A DNA stretch of 39,375 bases, taken from UHGV virus genome UHGV-0335613; one strand, written 5' to 3'. Source of the DNA: a virus. How positions within the stretch are numbered: position 1 is the first letter of the stretch; every line of letters starts with the position of its first letter. Positions 27,149 to 35,974 of this stretch are shown here, piece by piece. Below the pieces are notes generated by a model. It ran no database searches. It was given only the letters and a program-made list of their open reading frames with translations, and was not told the origin of the DNA. Made by a program: the position numbers and the translations under genes.

Positions 27149-27567
27149 CTGGTCCGTACCCAGCCTTCGTGAAACTCCATGTAATTTGCAATGTTGCCGA
27201 AGATATCCTTAACCGAAGTTTCCTGCTTCTTTGACTCAGGCAGCATATCATTGTCTTTTAAAAAGTTTTTGAACGTTTCAATACTCGCATCTATTCCGCT
27301 CTCTCTGCTTATTGCTGCATAGATGTTCTGGATCGTAAGTCCGTTTTCGATCATGTACTTAATTTCTCCCTTGTACGGTTCGTATTGTTTTCTTTTATTT
27401 TCCATTTTTCTTAACCACATCCTCTTGTTTGCTATTACCCTCTTTTTCACTTCTTTTCCGGTAATATCCTCAAGCACTCTGCAGATATGTTCATCCGAGC
27501 ATCCGAGCTTTACCATCTCTTCGATTTGGAACTGGTACGGATCAAGAAAGTGTGCTTGTCTACTCAT
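27085..27567 (-). CDS. Hypothetical protein with putative HTH
   Basis: 160 aa. IEEMVKLGCSDEHICRVLED is HTH-like. Confidence 0.45.
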   Translation of the reverse strand: MSRQAHFLDPYQFQIEEMVKLGCSDEHICRVLEDITGKEVKKRVIANKRMWLRKMENKRKQYEPYKGEIKYMIENGLTIQNIYAAISRESGIDASIETFKNFLKDNDMLPESKKQETSVKDIFGNIANYMEFHEGWVRTSCRLNRAMSNPNRILMRRYLQ

Positions 27568-27692
27568 TTTCCTCTCACCCTTTTCTTCCTCTTCCGCTTT
27601 GTACTGCCGTACATATATGCTGCCATGTTGCCCGGTTTGAATCCTGCAGACTGTTTTCTTTGGCTGCTAAAGCTGTATTTTCCTCTGTCCAT
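27564..27692 (-). CDS. Small highly basic peptide (42 aa, …GSTKRKRKKRVRGK)
   Basis: RBS aaagggagtaagcATG. TGA overlaps the ATG of the next gene. Below the ORF-track cut-off. Confidence 0.3.
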   Translation of the reverse strand: MDRGKYSFSSQRKQSAGFKPGNMAAYMYGSTKRKRKKRVRGK

Positions 27693-27694
27693 GC

Positions 27695-28273
27695 TTACTC
27701 CCTTTCTAAACTCCACCATGCTTTCGAGTTCTTCCCATATCCGGTTGTCTGTATCTTTATTTTTAATTCGTTTCTCGCTTTCATGATGTCTGACCGTTTG
27801 ATTCCCGCTGCATCTGACTCCATGAGCAGCTTCGCTCCGTCATATCGTCCGCCTGCCATTTTATCTTTTAACCATTCCACCGCCTTGTCATAATCGGTCT
27901 TAGATACCTCGTTGACCTTGTCCTTAATCTTTTCCAGTTGGACAGTGTTGGTGTTCAGCTTGTTCCAGATTTTCTCAAAATTCTCCTGCATGATTCTACG
28001 ATTCTCTAAAATCTCATCTCTGATTACTGTAAGCGCCTGTGCCGCAGTCATCCCCTTCTTCTCCGGTTCTTTTACCAGACTTCCCGGCTCAAGTCCGAGA
28101 AGTAGACACATGGTCCTTTCAAAATCTTCTGTCTGTTCCGGGTTCTTCGCCATATTGCAGACAAAAGACTTGCTTCTCCCAAGTTCCGCCGAGAATTTCT
28201 CTTTCGTCTTGCCCTGCTTTTCTAGTTCCTTGCAGAGCAAAGCGTAATTTATTATCACTTTCTTTGGTTCCAT
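27695..28273 (-). CDS. Hypothetical DNA-binding protein (N-terminal XRE-like HTH)
   Basis: LCKELEKQGKTKEKFSAELGRSKSFVCNM HTH. It precedes the replication genes. Confidence 0.5.
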   Translation of the reverse strand: MEPKKVIINYALLCKELEKQGKTKEKFSAELGRSKSFVCNMAKNPEQTEDFERTMCLLLGLEPGSLVKEPEKKGMTAAQALTVIRDEILENRRIMQENFEKIWNKLNTNTVQLEKIKDKVNEVSKTDYDKAVEWLKDKMAGGRYDGAKLLMESDAAGIKRSDIMKARNELKIKIQTTGYGKNSKAWWSLERE

Positions 28274-28282
28274 AGTTCCTCC

Positions 28283-29152
28283 TTAATTTGAGTTCAACAG
28301 CTGCTCTTCCAGAGAGTCCATGTCGTATCCTCTGCGTTCGAAGTTGTTTAAGTTTCTGCTTACTGGCGGTTTTGCTGGCACTTTTTCCGTCTGCTCTTGG
28401 TTAAGATAAACATCGAAATTACTGCCGAACAGGGTTTTTGGTCTTAGATATATCCTCATATCCTTAATGCCGCGCTGTAATTCCTCTTTTGTCGGCTTTC
28501 TGCCCCACTCATTGTATTTTTTATCAATCACCGTCTTAAAATCATCCAGAGTGTATCCTTCATTGAATCTGGCTTTTATTTCCTTTTGGTTACTCTTAAC
28601 ATCCCATCTTAGTTTCTTGCCTGTCTTTTCATTCAGGTAAGAAATGATCTCTTTGTACGGGACATATATATTATTATCTTTTTCTTTATCTTCTTCTTTA
28701 TCTATATCTGAAACAGCGACGTAAGACGTTCTTTCAGACGACTTGTCAGACGATTTTTCAATCAAAGCTCTCTGTTTGGCTCTTCTTTCCTCTTGGTACA
28801 GCCTGTCACGCTCCTTTTTTCGTTCATAAGCATCCAATGTCTGGTGCTTGTTCCAGTTCGGGATCGTGATTATTCCCTCCACTATCTCAATCATTTTGAA
28901 TTGCTCAAACGCATTCAAAGCCAACTTTACAGTAGATTCATTCATTCTAAAGATTGTAGCCAGCATCTTGTCTGTGTAGGGAATCTTGTCATTCATCAGG
29001 AATACGCCACCGTTATTTTTCTTCCCGGCAAGACATAACAACTTGAACCAGACTGTTATAATTGCATAAGCATCTGGCAAACCCTCTATCAGCAATATCT
29101 TTTCATCATCAAAGATATCCGTTGCTATCTTTATCCACTTCACTTCTGCCAT
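28283..29152 (-). CDS. Phage replisome organizer / replication initiation protein (N-terminal organizer domain plus conserved phage C-terminal domain)
   Basis: N-terminal WIKIATDIFDDEKI… and C-terminal …YLNEKTGKKLRW…GYTLDDFKTVIDKKYNEW…YLRPKTLF. Confidence 0.75.
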   Translation of the reverse strand: MAEVKWIKIATDIFDDEKILLIEGLPDAYAIITVWFKLLCLAGKKNNGGVFLMNDKIPYTDKMLATIFRMNESTVKLALNAFEQFKMIEIVEGIITIPNWNKHQTLDAYERKKERDRLYQEERRAKQRALIEKSSDKSSERTSYVAVSDIDKEEDKEKDNNIYVPYKEIISYLNEKTGKKLRWDVKSNQKEIKARFNEGYTLDDFKTVIDKKYNEWGRKPTKEELQRGIKDMRIYLRPKTLFGSNFDVYLNQEQTEKVPAKPPVSRNLNNFERRGYDMDSLEEQLLNSN

Positions 29153-29562
29153 TACTCATCCTCCGCAATATAGACCACCACGCAAGGCTCATCAGAATAC
29201 ACTTTTTCGATTTCCATACTGGTCACCTGCTTATCATCCGTATATGCGACTCCATTCAGTCCATCCAAAATGATTTTTGCGATATTATCTAAGTCTGGCT
29301 TTTTATTTGGCATTATTTCGCCTTTTAAAGCTTTCTCCTTATTCTTCTTAGACCAGCTCTCTGGAATCGGAAATTTCGCTAAAATTCGGACTCTCAGAGG
29401 GATGTCCGTGTAAAGCACGCCTATACTCTGCTTGTAAATCCTTGCAACTTCCTTTTCGTACTTTTTATTTTCTGGTGGCGTATATGTAATGACTTTAAAT
29501 CCGGCTCTGCGGAATCTCGGTCTTGCTTTTCCAACCGGTTTGCCCGGAATTGTAATTACCAT
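29152..29562 (-). CDS. rusA: RusA-family Holliday junction resolvase
   Basis: GKPVGKARPR…DLDNIAKIILDGLNGVAYTDDKQV motifs. Confidence 0.85.
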   Translation of the reverse strand: MVITIPGKPVGKARPRFRRAGFKVITYTPPENKKYEKEVARIYKQSIGVLYTDIPLRVRILAKFPIPESWSKKNKEKALKGEIMPNKKPDLDNIAKIILDGLNGVAYTDDKQVTSMEIEKVYSDEPCVVVYIAEDE

Positions 29563-29672
29563 TTATTCTCCTTTCTGCTCCCGGAATTACCGGGAGACAA
29601 TGAATCTGGCTTACTTAAGGTATTTGTGACGTACTGTGCAGCCATGAACGGGTTACAATTTATAGCGAAAGG

Positions 29673-30053
29673 TTACCCTTTGCTAACATAGTGAAATTCT
29701 TGTCGGAACTGCTCTTCTGTTCCGTAGTGCTGCAAATAATACTCTTTGCAGCGTTTTCTTAAGTATCGGTCAACTTTTGATGCATTCTCCCCTGCCCTTG
29801 TTCCGTTTGGATGCAGGTCTGGTCTCAATGGAGCGATAAAACCATAATCCTCCGAAAGCTCAATTTCTTTCGATGTGTGGCTGAAAATGTGATGCCTCTC
29901 CACTCCGTAAGCTCCGGTGTACATGCAGTGATCCATATCTTCTGTAAATATGCTCCACAGCTTCTTTGGTCTGCCGGATGCTCTTTGATGACCTTTTTTC
30001 TTTTTCTTGCACTTTGGCTTAGGGAATGCCATGTCACTGTAATCAATGCTCAT
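29673..30053 (-). CDS. Hypothetical protein
   Basis: 126-aa ORF with a basic N-terminus. Confidence 0.45.
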   Translation of the reverse strand: MSIDYSDMAFPKPKCKKKKKGHQRASGRPKKLWSIFTEDMDHCMYTGAYGVERHHIFSHTSKEIELSEDYGFIAPLRPDLHPNGTRAGENASKVDRYLRKRCKEYYLQHYGTEEQFRQEFHYVSKG

Positions 30054-30592
30054 AGTTCAATTCCCCATTTCTGCTTAAGCTCTTCTTTTTCATCTGGGGT
30101 CAAAAGGTCTGCATCTGGTATTCCAACCTCTCTGCAATCTTCCAACACGCCTTTGATGAGTCTGCTCATTTCTTTTGTGTTATACTTGCTTGACCCTTTG
30201 TAGCATTGCAGAGTGTGTAATGTTTCAGTTCTCCCTTTTAGGTCTTTTACTTCCTGTGCTCCACGATCTATCACAATCCGGAACACTGACTGTGCCAGAT
30301 AGATGTCTTTTTCCCGGAGCGGTATGTACTCAAAAGCACCGTGGGATTTTAATTCATTTAGGTACGCTTGCCACCTAGTGATGTCCAACTTTTCCGCTAA
30401 TTTATCGAGTAACACCCACAAATAAGAGTTCGCGTCAAGGCTTCTCTTTGCTCTGTATGGCTTTATTTCAAGCGTTAATTTCTCATAATCTTTCAACTCA
30501 TCATAGGCTTGTCGGAAGTCCTCTTCGGATTTGAATAGGATGGTGTGGCAATCTATCAAACGGCCTTTTAATTTTCCTGTGAATTTCATCAA
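30050..30592 (-). CDS. NinB/Orf-like recombination mediator (putative)
   Basis: KRSLDANSYLWVLLDKLAEKL resembles the NinB core. Recombination-module context. Confidence 0.45.
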   Translation of the reverse strand: MMKFTGKLKGRLIDCHTILFKSEEDFRQAYDELKDYEKLTLEIKPYRAKRSLDANSYLWVLLDKLAEKLDITRWQAYLNELKSHGAFEYIPLREKDIYLAQSVFRIVIDRGAQEVKDLKGRTETLHTLQCYKGSSKYNTKEMSRLIKGVLEDCREVGIPDADLLTPDEKEELKQKWGIEL

Positions 30593-31209
30593 TCATCACC
30601 GTAAGTCCTTTTTATTGTGCTTAACATTGTTGCAGCTTCTGTCTCGGTAAGTGTCTGCTCAGTCCTATTGTTTTCTCTCAACCAGCGTTCAAGATTGATA
30701 CCGTGAGATACGCATAGATTCTTGAGAGTCTTGATTTTCGCTTCAGACGCTCTGTTTTCCCCCGTTTCCGGTATTTGAGCATACATCTTGTTGTATTCCT
30801 CTTTAAGCCACAAATCGAACCCTAAGCCGGTATGTATTGCTACGCACTTCACAAACGCCCTGCACATGCTGTTCCAGACTCTTTGCTGACTCATAGAGTT
30901 GTCTTTTACAGGGTTTGCCCCATTCATCACAGGTGTTTGCATCTCGTACACTTGATCATCTATCACAACACGGATTCTGGTCTCGTAACATCTATTTTCA
31001 ACTCCGTTTTTATCTTTAAACACCGCTTTTGTCATCCTTAGGCTACTTCCTGTTTCTGGGTCTGGAATCGGAGTAAAATAAACATTTTCAGCCCCATTTT
31101 TATGTAATAAATCAATGCACATTGCCCAGTTTAAATAGTCCATACCATCTCTTTTTTCGAGGTATGGTTTTACATCTACTTTCCTCATTTCTTCATAGCT
31201 TTTAAGCAT
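30589..31209 (-). CDS. Sak/DUF1071-like (RAD52-family) single-strand annealing protein (putative)
   Basis: N-terminal PYLEKRDGMDYLNWAMCIDLL. Adjacent to NinB and RusA. Confidence 0.45.
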   Translation of the reverse strand: MLKSYEEMRKVDVKPYLEKRDGMDYLNWAMCIDLLHKNGAENVYFTPIPDPETGSSLRMTKAVFKDKNGVENRCYETRIRVVIDDQVYEMQTPVMNGANPVKDNSMSQQRVWNSMCRAFVKCVAIHTGLGFDLWLKEEYNKMYAQIPETGENRASEAKIKTLKNLCVSHGINLERWLRENNRTEQTLTETEAATMLSTIKRTYGDD

Positions 31210-31387
31210 AGGTTTCCTCGCTTTCTTCCTTTACCCAACTCCCGGAGTAAAACCATTCCACCAGCATTTCTTTAAATTCTTTTTGGTCATCTGGTGTTCC
31301 ATGCAAGCATCTCTCCAGTGCATATTCAAACGCCTGGTCTTCTGTTACTACCGTGTCTTTCTCTGGTCCGATACCTACATACATCAT
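31202..31387 (-). CDS. Hypothetical small protein
   Basis: 61-aa ORF with overlapping start and stop. Confidence 0.35.
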   Translation of the reverse strand: MMYVGIGPEKDTVVTEDQAFEYALERCLHGTPDDQKEFKEMLVEWFYSGSWVKEESEETYA

Positions 31388-31650
31388 TCGTCCTCCGTCT
31401 TGTCCACTGCCATTTCCAGCAATACCCCAACTAAAATAATTGCATCATCTAGTTGCTTATCTGTTGCAATACCGTCAAACAAATCGTAATCTCCATCAGT
31501 AACAAATCCGTTTTCTTGTGCGGTTAAAAATATTCTGCTACCGTAGTTCGAAAATTCAATGTTTACGTACGGATACCCATTCCTACCTTCTCCACGCTCT
31601 TGAATCTCAAGAATTAAGTCTAAAAGTTTATGTATTTTTTCTCTATCCAT
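31384..31650 (-). CDS. Hypothetical protein
   Basis: 88-aa ORF. Confidence 0.45.
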   Translation of the reverse strand: MDREKIHKLLDLILEIQERGEGRNGYPYVNIEFSNYGSRIFLTAQENGFVTDGDYDLFDGIATDKQLDDAIILVGVLLEMAVDKTEDE

Positions 31651-31736
31651 TGCTTATCCTCCTAAAATCTGTTAATATATTCTTGATTTTTTGTTAGAGT
31701 GCCTACGGCTCCCCAGCCTTTTGTAGGCGCTCATTT

Positions 31737-31925
31737 TTAATACCCAAACGCCAGATACCACGCCAGCATCACCAGGATAAACCCTATCATCATCGCACCA
31801 GCTCTGATCCAATAAGGCTTGTCCTTTGGTTCCGGCAGATCTACCGATACGGAGCGGATGTCCCAGCTGTTTAAAGTGTTTGGTTGCTGAGTGGTCTGGC
31901 AGTGGTAGGTTCCTTTAATGGTCAC
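31737..31925 (-). CDS. Small membrane protein
   Basis: C-terminal TM AGAMMIGFILVMLAWYLAFGY. GTG start with RBS aaggaggtggagccGTG. Confidence 0.4.
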   Translation of the reverse strand: MTIKGTYHCQTTQQPNTLNSWDIRSVSVDLPEPKDKPYWIRAGAMMIGFILVMLAWYLAFGY

Positions 31926-32101
31926 GGCTCCACCTCCTTTAATTTCACAGATTTCTTCCCACGCTCTTCCAATCTGACACGGTAGTTTGTAAGATATGAG
32001 ATCGCGCCTTGTTTCTGGGTTTCGGTATCACCGTCTATCCTCTCTGTGGATTCCAGAGTTTGAATAAATCTCTCGATCTGCTTAACTGTCAACCTCTTCA
32101 T
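31922..32101 (-). CDS. Small hypothetical protein (59 aa)
   Basis: ATGA overlap with the upstream gene. Its 3' end carries the RBS for the next gene. Below the cut-off. Confidence 0.3.
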   Translation of the reverse strand: MKRLTVKQIERFIQTLESTERIDGDTETQKQGAISYLTNYRVRLEERGKKSVKLKEVEP

Positions 32102-32331
32102 CAGATCACCCCTGTCTGCAACTTCATTGCCCGCTCCGCGGCTCTCATTTCTTTCTGGATAAATTTCTCCAGTTCAGATGTCCGGTACATTATGGCACTG
32201 TGCTTGTTGGCTGGATTTAATAAAAACGCTACCTGCTGCCCCGGTGTATTCCAGACTCTTCTTAAAAACTCCGGCGGGTATCCCTGTTGGATGAGTTCCT
32301 TTCTACTCATGATTTCCTTTGGATAATTCAT
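32101..32331 (-). CDS. Excisionase-family HTH DNA-binding protein (putative Xis/regulator)
   Basis: MSRKELIQQGYPPEFLRRVWNTPGQQVAFLL…ELEKFIQK matches the HTH_17/excisionase-type pattern. Confidence 0.5.
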   Translation of the reverse strand: MNYPKEIMSRKELIQQGYPPEFLRRVWNTPGQQVAFLLNPANKHSAIMYRTSELEKFIQKEMRAAERAMKLQTGVI

Positions 32332-32332
32332 G

Positions 32333-32728
32333 TTAGTCCTCCAATTCTATAACCAGCGCGTTAATATTGGTTCTTATTGTTTTCACGTGTTTTTCCAAAA
32401 ATTTTGGATCTTCTCCAGAAATACTTCCCGGAACATATATATTTGTTGCTGGCACCGCGCCTTTGTGATATACAACTTTCACGAGTACTTCTTCTCCAAT
32501 TACATTTGCCAAGTCCGCCAACCTCAATCCAGATGGCTTGTCCGCCTTAATAGTTCCAACTTTGATATCGGACGGCTTATCGTCCTTACAAAAAACCCGA
32601 ACATCCATATTTACTGTAAGTTCTGCGATATCATCTCTCTCTTTCTGTTCTAATTTGTATGATTTCACGCAGTTAAGTTTCTTGCCGTCTAAAAATAATC
32701 CATTGTCGATTTTTACGTTGCTAAACAT
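32333..32728 (-). CDS. Hypothetical protein
   Basis: 131-aa ORF. Confidence 0.45.
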   Translation of the reverse strand: MFSNVKIDNGLFLDGKKLNCVKSYKLEQKERDDIAELTVNMDVRVFCKDDKPSDIKVGTIKADKPSGLRLADLANVIGEEVLVKVVYHKGAVPATNIYVPGSISGEDPKFLEKHVKTIRTNINALVIELED

Positions 32729-32742
32729 TGTCTTTTTCCTCC

Positions 32743-33105
32743 TTATTTAAATTCTGACTGAAGTACTTCTATCTTCGGAATCAGTTCTTCCAGAGATCGA
32801 CTTATCTTCTGATCATTTTTCTGCGAATCCATGTAGTAATCATGAATAGTTGAATACTGTCTTGACATATTCACAACTGAAAATGAAGAAAAAATAACAA
32901 AGACAACAAGTGTTACAAGCAGATAGAGGATCTTATGTTTTAGGCTATCTACTTCTGTTTTAAGTTCTTCTACCTCTTTTTTAAACGCATCAAACTCAAT
33001 TTGATCCATTCTCTGCGATTGAGCATTGAACATCTTTCCTATACGCTTTTCCGCTTCTTGAACGGAATCCATTCCCGGTGTTCCCGGACTGCCACTCCAA
33101 CACAT
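32743..33105 (-). CDS. Membrane-anchored coiled-coil protein
   Basis: Coiled coil EVEELKTEVDSLKHK followed by TM ILYLLVTLVVFVIFSSF. Confidence 0.45.
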   Translation of the reverse strand: MCWSGSPGTPGMDSVQEAEKRIGKMFNAQSQRMDQIEFDAFKKEVEELKTEVDSLKHKILYLLVTLVVFVIFSSFSVVNMSRQYSTIHDYYMDSQKNDQKISRSLEELIPKIEVLQSEFK

Positions 33106-33126
33106 TCTCTTTTTCCTCCTTTTCTC

Positions 33127-33891
33127 CTATGCAACTCCGTATTTAATAGCCAACTCTTTTACGATAGCCGTATATCCCTCAATCAGCTTCTTATCATCAG
33201 CGATCACATCCAGATAATTCAATTTGTCTCTTCTGGATTTGCAAACACCCTCATCTGCCATTCTTCTACGTTTGTTTGTGAGCCTCTGCTTCACATTCAC
33301 TCCCATGCGTTTTTCTAACAACTGATAGGATTCCCCTCTTACATCTTGATAAGACTTGCTGTCTCCGCACTCCATACCGATTTTTCTCAAGATTCTTCCG
33401 GTATCTTCTCTCCATGACGTTGTATCGATTGCAACAACCTCACGGATGCTTTCGATCCGTTCTTCCACGTGCTCAAGCTTCTCTGCCTGACGCTTCTGCT
33501 CAATTTCCAAGTTAATCATGACCTGTAACTGCGGTGAGAGTTCTTGTGTGGCAAGAGATGCCGCTTTGTATTTCTTTTCTACCCGAATGAAATATCTGCG
33601 CACTTGCTTTCCTTTTTCGTTCCGCTCAAGCATTGCCATTTCTTTTGCAATATCTAGTTTGATGATATGGTCTTTCTTTGGCGCACCACCGGACACCGTA
33701 GGAATTTCTACGGTGGTAAAATCTGCATCTTCCTCCGCATCAATATCCGTTAAGCGGCGTTTTGACCATTCGCGATAAACGCTTGGTGCTCCCAGAACCT
33801 CATGCAGTTCTGATCCGTATACTACTTTTTCTCCTGTGCTTGCCTCGTATACTGGGACAAGTTCGTTTTCAATTACTTTTAATGCTTTCAT
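33127..33891 (-). CDS. Phage regulatory protein Rha / antirepressor (ORF6N N-domain)
   Basis: MKALKVIENELVPVYEASTGEKVVYGSELHEVLG (ORF6N) and …GGAPKKDHIIKLDIAKEMAMLERNEKGKQVRRYFIRVEKKY (Rha). RBS aaaggagatcaaATG. Confidence 0.7.
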   Translation of the reverse strand: MKALKVIENELVPVYEASTGEKVVYGSELHEVLGAPSVYREWSKRRLTDIDAEEDADFTTVEIPTVSGGAPKKDHIIKLDIAKEMAMLERNEKGKQVRRYFIRVEKKYKAASLATQELSPQLQVMINLEIEQKRQAEKLEHVEERIESIREVVAIDTTSWREDTGRILRKIGMECGDSKSYQDVRGESYQLLEKRMGVNVKQRLTNKRRRMADEGVCKSRRDKLNYLDVIADDKKLIEGYTAIVKELAIKYGVA

Positions 33892-34015
33892 TTGATCTCC
33901 TTTTGTACATTTCATTTAGTTCATTTTCAATTTTCATAAGACGCACTACGTTTACAACTTGCAGTATCGATGTTGCGATAACAATGATGCATCCGATTAA
34001 TTCTAAATCGATCAT
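33869..34015 (-). CDS. Small hydrophobic peptide (48 aa), possible membrane protein
   Basis: MIDLELIGCIIVIATSILQVVNVV…. ATGA overlap with the upstream gene. Overlaps the antirepressor start. Speculative. Confidence 0.2.
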   Translation of the reverse strand: MIDLELIGCIIVIATSILQVVNVVRLMKIENELNEMYKRRSNESIKSN

Positions 34016-34254
34016 AGCGTACTGTTCATCATTCTTTCGTAGAGTGCTTTATCCGCGTGATAGAGTACTCTATTCGCTTCTCTGTAAGTTAATTTTTTCT
34101 TGATGATAATTTCTGCGATTTCACAAACAATGATTTCATTTTCGATAGCGCAATCGCAATAATTATCTTTTATATATGGAATCTCATAGTTAGCTTCTTC
34201 AATTCGCTCTTTCTCTTGATTGCGTCTTTGCAATTCTCTTTCTGCGTTGTTCAT
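34012..34254 (-). CDS. Hypothetical protein
   Basis: 80-aa ORF. Confidence 0.4.
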   Translation of the reverse strand: MNNAERELQRRNQEKERIEEANYEIPYIKDNYCDCAIENEIIVCEIAEIIIKKKLTYREANRVLYHADKALYERMMNSTL

Positions 34255-34322
34255 TATGTTACCTCCTGTTTTCGTTGTTAATCATCCCAAGATTCTAGCG
34301 TTTGCACGATGCCTTTATGTCT

Positions 34323-34574
34323 TCACCGTTTAGATTTAAAGATGACAAACTTTTTTCTTAATGAGGAACAAAGCCCCTCATTCTTCTCTATAGCTTTTTT
34401 AATTTGGTAGACTTCTTCGCTTATTGCATGAAGTAAAGCTGTTTGATATTTAATTTCTTTTGCTATATACGATTCTGGATCTATACTTGCTATATTCCTT
34501 TCATTTTCTTTTGCCTTTTCAGCTTCTTCTCTTTCTCGTTTAGCAAATTCTACTATTGCTTCTTGTATATTCAT
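34323..34574 (-). CDS. Hypothetical protein (MNIQEA family, paralogous N-terminus to 35747..35953)
   Basis: RBS aagaaagaggtaagaaATG. The N-terminal nucleotide sequence is duplicated at 35938-35960. Confidence 0.4.
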   Translation of the reverse strand: MNIQEAIVEFAKREREEAEKAKENERNIASIDPESYIAKEIKYQTALLHAISEEVYQIKKAIEKNEGLCSSLRKKFVIFKSKR

Positions 34575-34681
34575 CTTTCTTACCTCTTTCTTTGAATCTT
34601 TATTGTCATTTGTTTCCATATCTCCTATAATTTACTTACAGGCATCTGCCAATGCCGAGTATTTAGGAAAGGAGATCGACT

Positions 34682-34906
34682 ATGGTACTTAAATCTTTTG
34701 ACGAATTTAAAAAATCGTTAACACAAGAAGATATCGACTATATCAACGGCGTTAATGATGAGGATTATCCAACGCTTGAAACATCTCTTGGAGACCCTAA
34801 TGCTTTTAACGAAATAGCCGGATTTATAGCTGGATTCAGTTTTAAAATGAACGTCCGTCTTCTTGAGTTGTATCACAAATGGCTTTCCGAACAGCTTGAG
34901 AAATAA
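34682..34906 (+). CDS. Hypothetical acidic protein (74 aa) on the counter strand within the early region
   Basis: Strong RBS aggaaaggagatcgactATG. Own promoter TTGTCA-N17-TATAAT. Confidence 0.45.
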   Translation: MVLKSFDEFKKSLTQEDIDYINGVNDEDYPTLETSLGDPNAFNEIAGFIAGFSFKMNVRLLELYHKWLSEQLEK

Positions 34907-35156
34907 TCTTTCCATTAAGCACAATATCGGAACTGAGCTCCTTGCTTTTTTTAATAGCTTGGAGTTCTTTTTCATTAGGACATCCACAATATTGACAATA
35001 TTTGTTTGAACTGTGTATTAAATTTTTGCACCGAGAGCAGCGAATAAAATTTTCGTGTTTTAATAAGTATTCGTTACGTTCTTCTTGTGTCATTGCTACT
35101 TCTCTACTGTCGGTGAGTAGCTGACCATTTTGTTCAAATACTGTTAAATTGTTCAT
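34842..35156 (-). CDS. Zinc-ribbon hypothetical protein
   Basis: RBS aaaggagaacaaaATG. CSRCKN…CQYCGC. Its 3' end overlaps the convergent + ORF by about 65 nt. Confidence 0.4.
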   Translation of the reverse strand: MNNLTVFEQNGQLLTDSREVAMTQEERNEYLLKHENFIRCSRCKNLIHSSNKYCQYCGCPNEKELQAIKKSKELSSDIVLNGKIISQAVRKAICDTTQEDGRSF

Positions 35157-35168
35157 TTTGTTCTCCTT

Positions 35169-35345
35169 TCATCATCCTGCTTTCTTTGTTTCTTTTAAAA
35201 ATGCTGACGCAGCCATTGAAATAATTCCGTCAATCTTTCCTTGTGCTCTTTCTGGAAGTTTGTCCCAGTTCTCTGCAATCCTTTTAAAATCCTCCAATCT
35301 TTTCTCTTCCTGATTTCTTGTGATGTTTTCTAATGTTTCACTCAT
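35169..35345 (-). CDS. Small hypothetical protein (58 aa)
   Basis: RBS aagaaagaggtgagaacATG (same leader motif as the paralogues). Below the cut-off. Confidence 0.3.
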
Positions 35346-35453
35346 GTTCTCACCTCTTTCTTTTTGAATCTTTATTGTTATTTGTTTCTTTATCTCCTAT
35401 AATTTGCTTACAGGCATCTGCCAATGCCAAGTAAACAGGAAAGGAGAATAGAT

Positions 35454-35750
35454 ATGAAGCTTAATAGTCTCAAAAGCGAATTTTTGAAATACATGGTAAA
35501 GTCTTACGCAAAAGATCATAAGCGTATATTTGCATTTGAATCTTTCAAGTCTCTTTATCCAGAACTTGATGACGATTTTATTTCTGATGCTTTGTTTGCA
35601 CTGGATGAAGATGGGTTTGTCCATGTGTATAAAGCTGATGATATTGCTTACGAAACCACTTTACTTCCAAATGCCATCTGTTCTGTTGAAGAAGATACGC
35701 TTTTAAGAAAAGGCTACTCTTTTATCAAAGAGATACGATCATGGCTTTAA
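35454..35750 (+). CDS. Hypothetical protein (99 aa) on the counter strand with a duplicated promoter/leader module
   Basis: RBS aggaaaggagaatagatATG. Promoter TTGTTA-N17-TATAAT. ORF track 35424..35750. Confidence 0.45.
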   Translation: MKLNSLKSEFLKYMVKSYAKDHKRIFAFESFKSLYPELDDDFISDALFALDEDGFVHVYKADDIAYETTLLPNAICSVEEDTLLRKGYSFIKEIRSWL

Positions 35751-35953
35751 TCAACTATTAACCAGTCATCTCTCATCAATTCATCTGCTGATGGTTGCCA
35801 TCCAGATTTTGATGGATTGCTTCCATCAGCATTCATTACAATACAATTCCCGCACCCATTCGTTGGCTTGATTTTCGCTCCACCTTTAAATTCTGGCAAT
35901 GTTATGTATTTGGATTTTTCCATTGATTTCTTTACCGCTTCTTGTATATTCAT
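35747..35953 (-). CDS. First early-operon gene (Cro-position protein, MNIQEA family)
   Basis: Follows the consensus PR promoter. RBS gaggtgagagagATG. Confidence 0.45.
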   Translation of the reverse strand: MNIQEAVKKSMEKSKYITLPEFKGGAKIKPTNGCGNCIVMNADGSNPSKSGWQPSADELMRDDWLIVD

Positions 35954-35974
35954 CTCTCTCACCTCGCTTTCGCT

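Noticed and set aside
31686-31733. GC-rich nested hairpin GCCTACGGCTccccAGCCttttGTAGGC between two minus-strand genes.
   Set aside because: On the coding (minus) strand no U-tract follows. On the + strand a T-run follows but there is no + strand gene upstream. It is possibly a processing or stability hairpin, and I saw no sequence support for terminator function.
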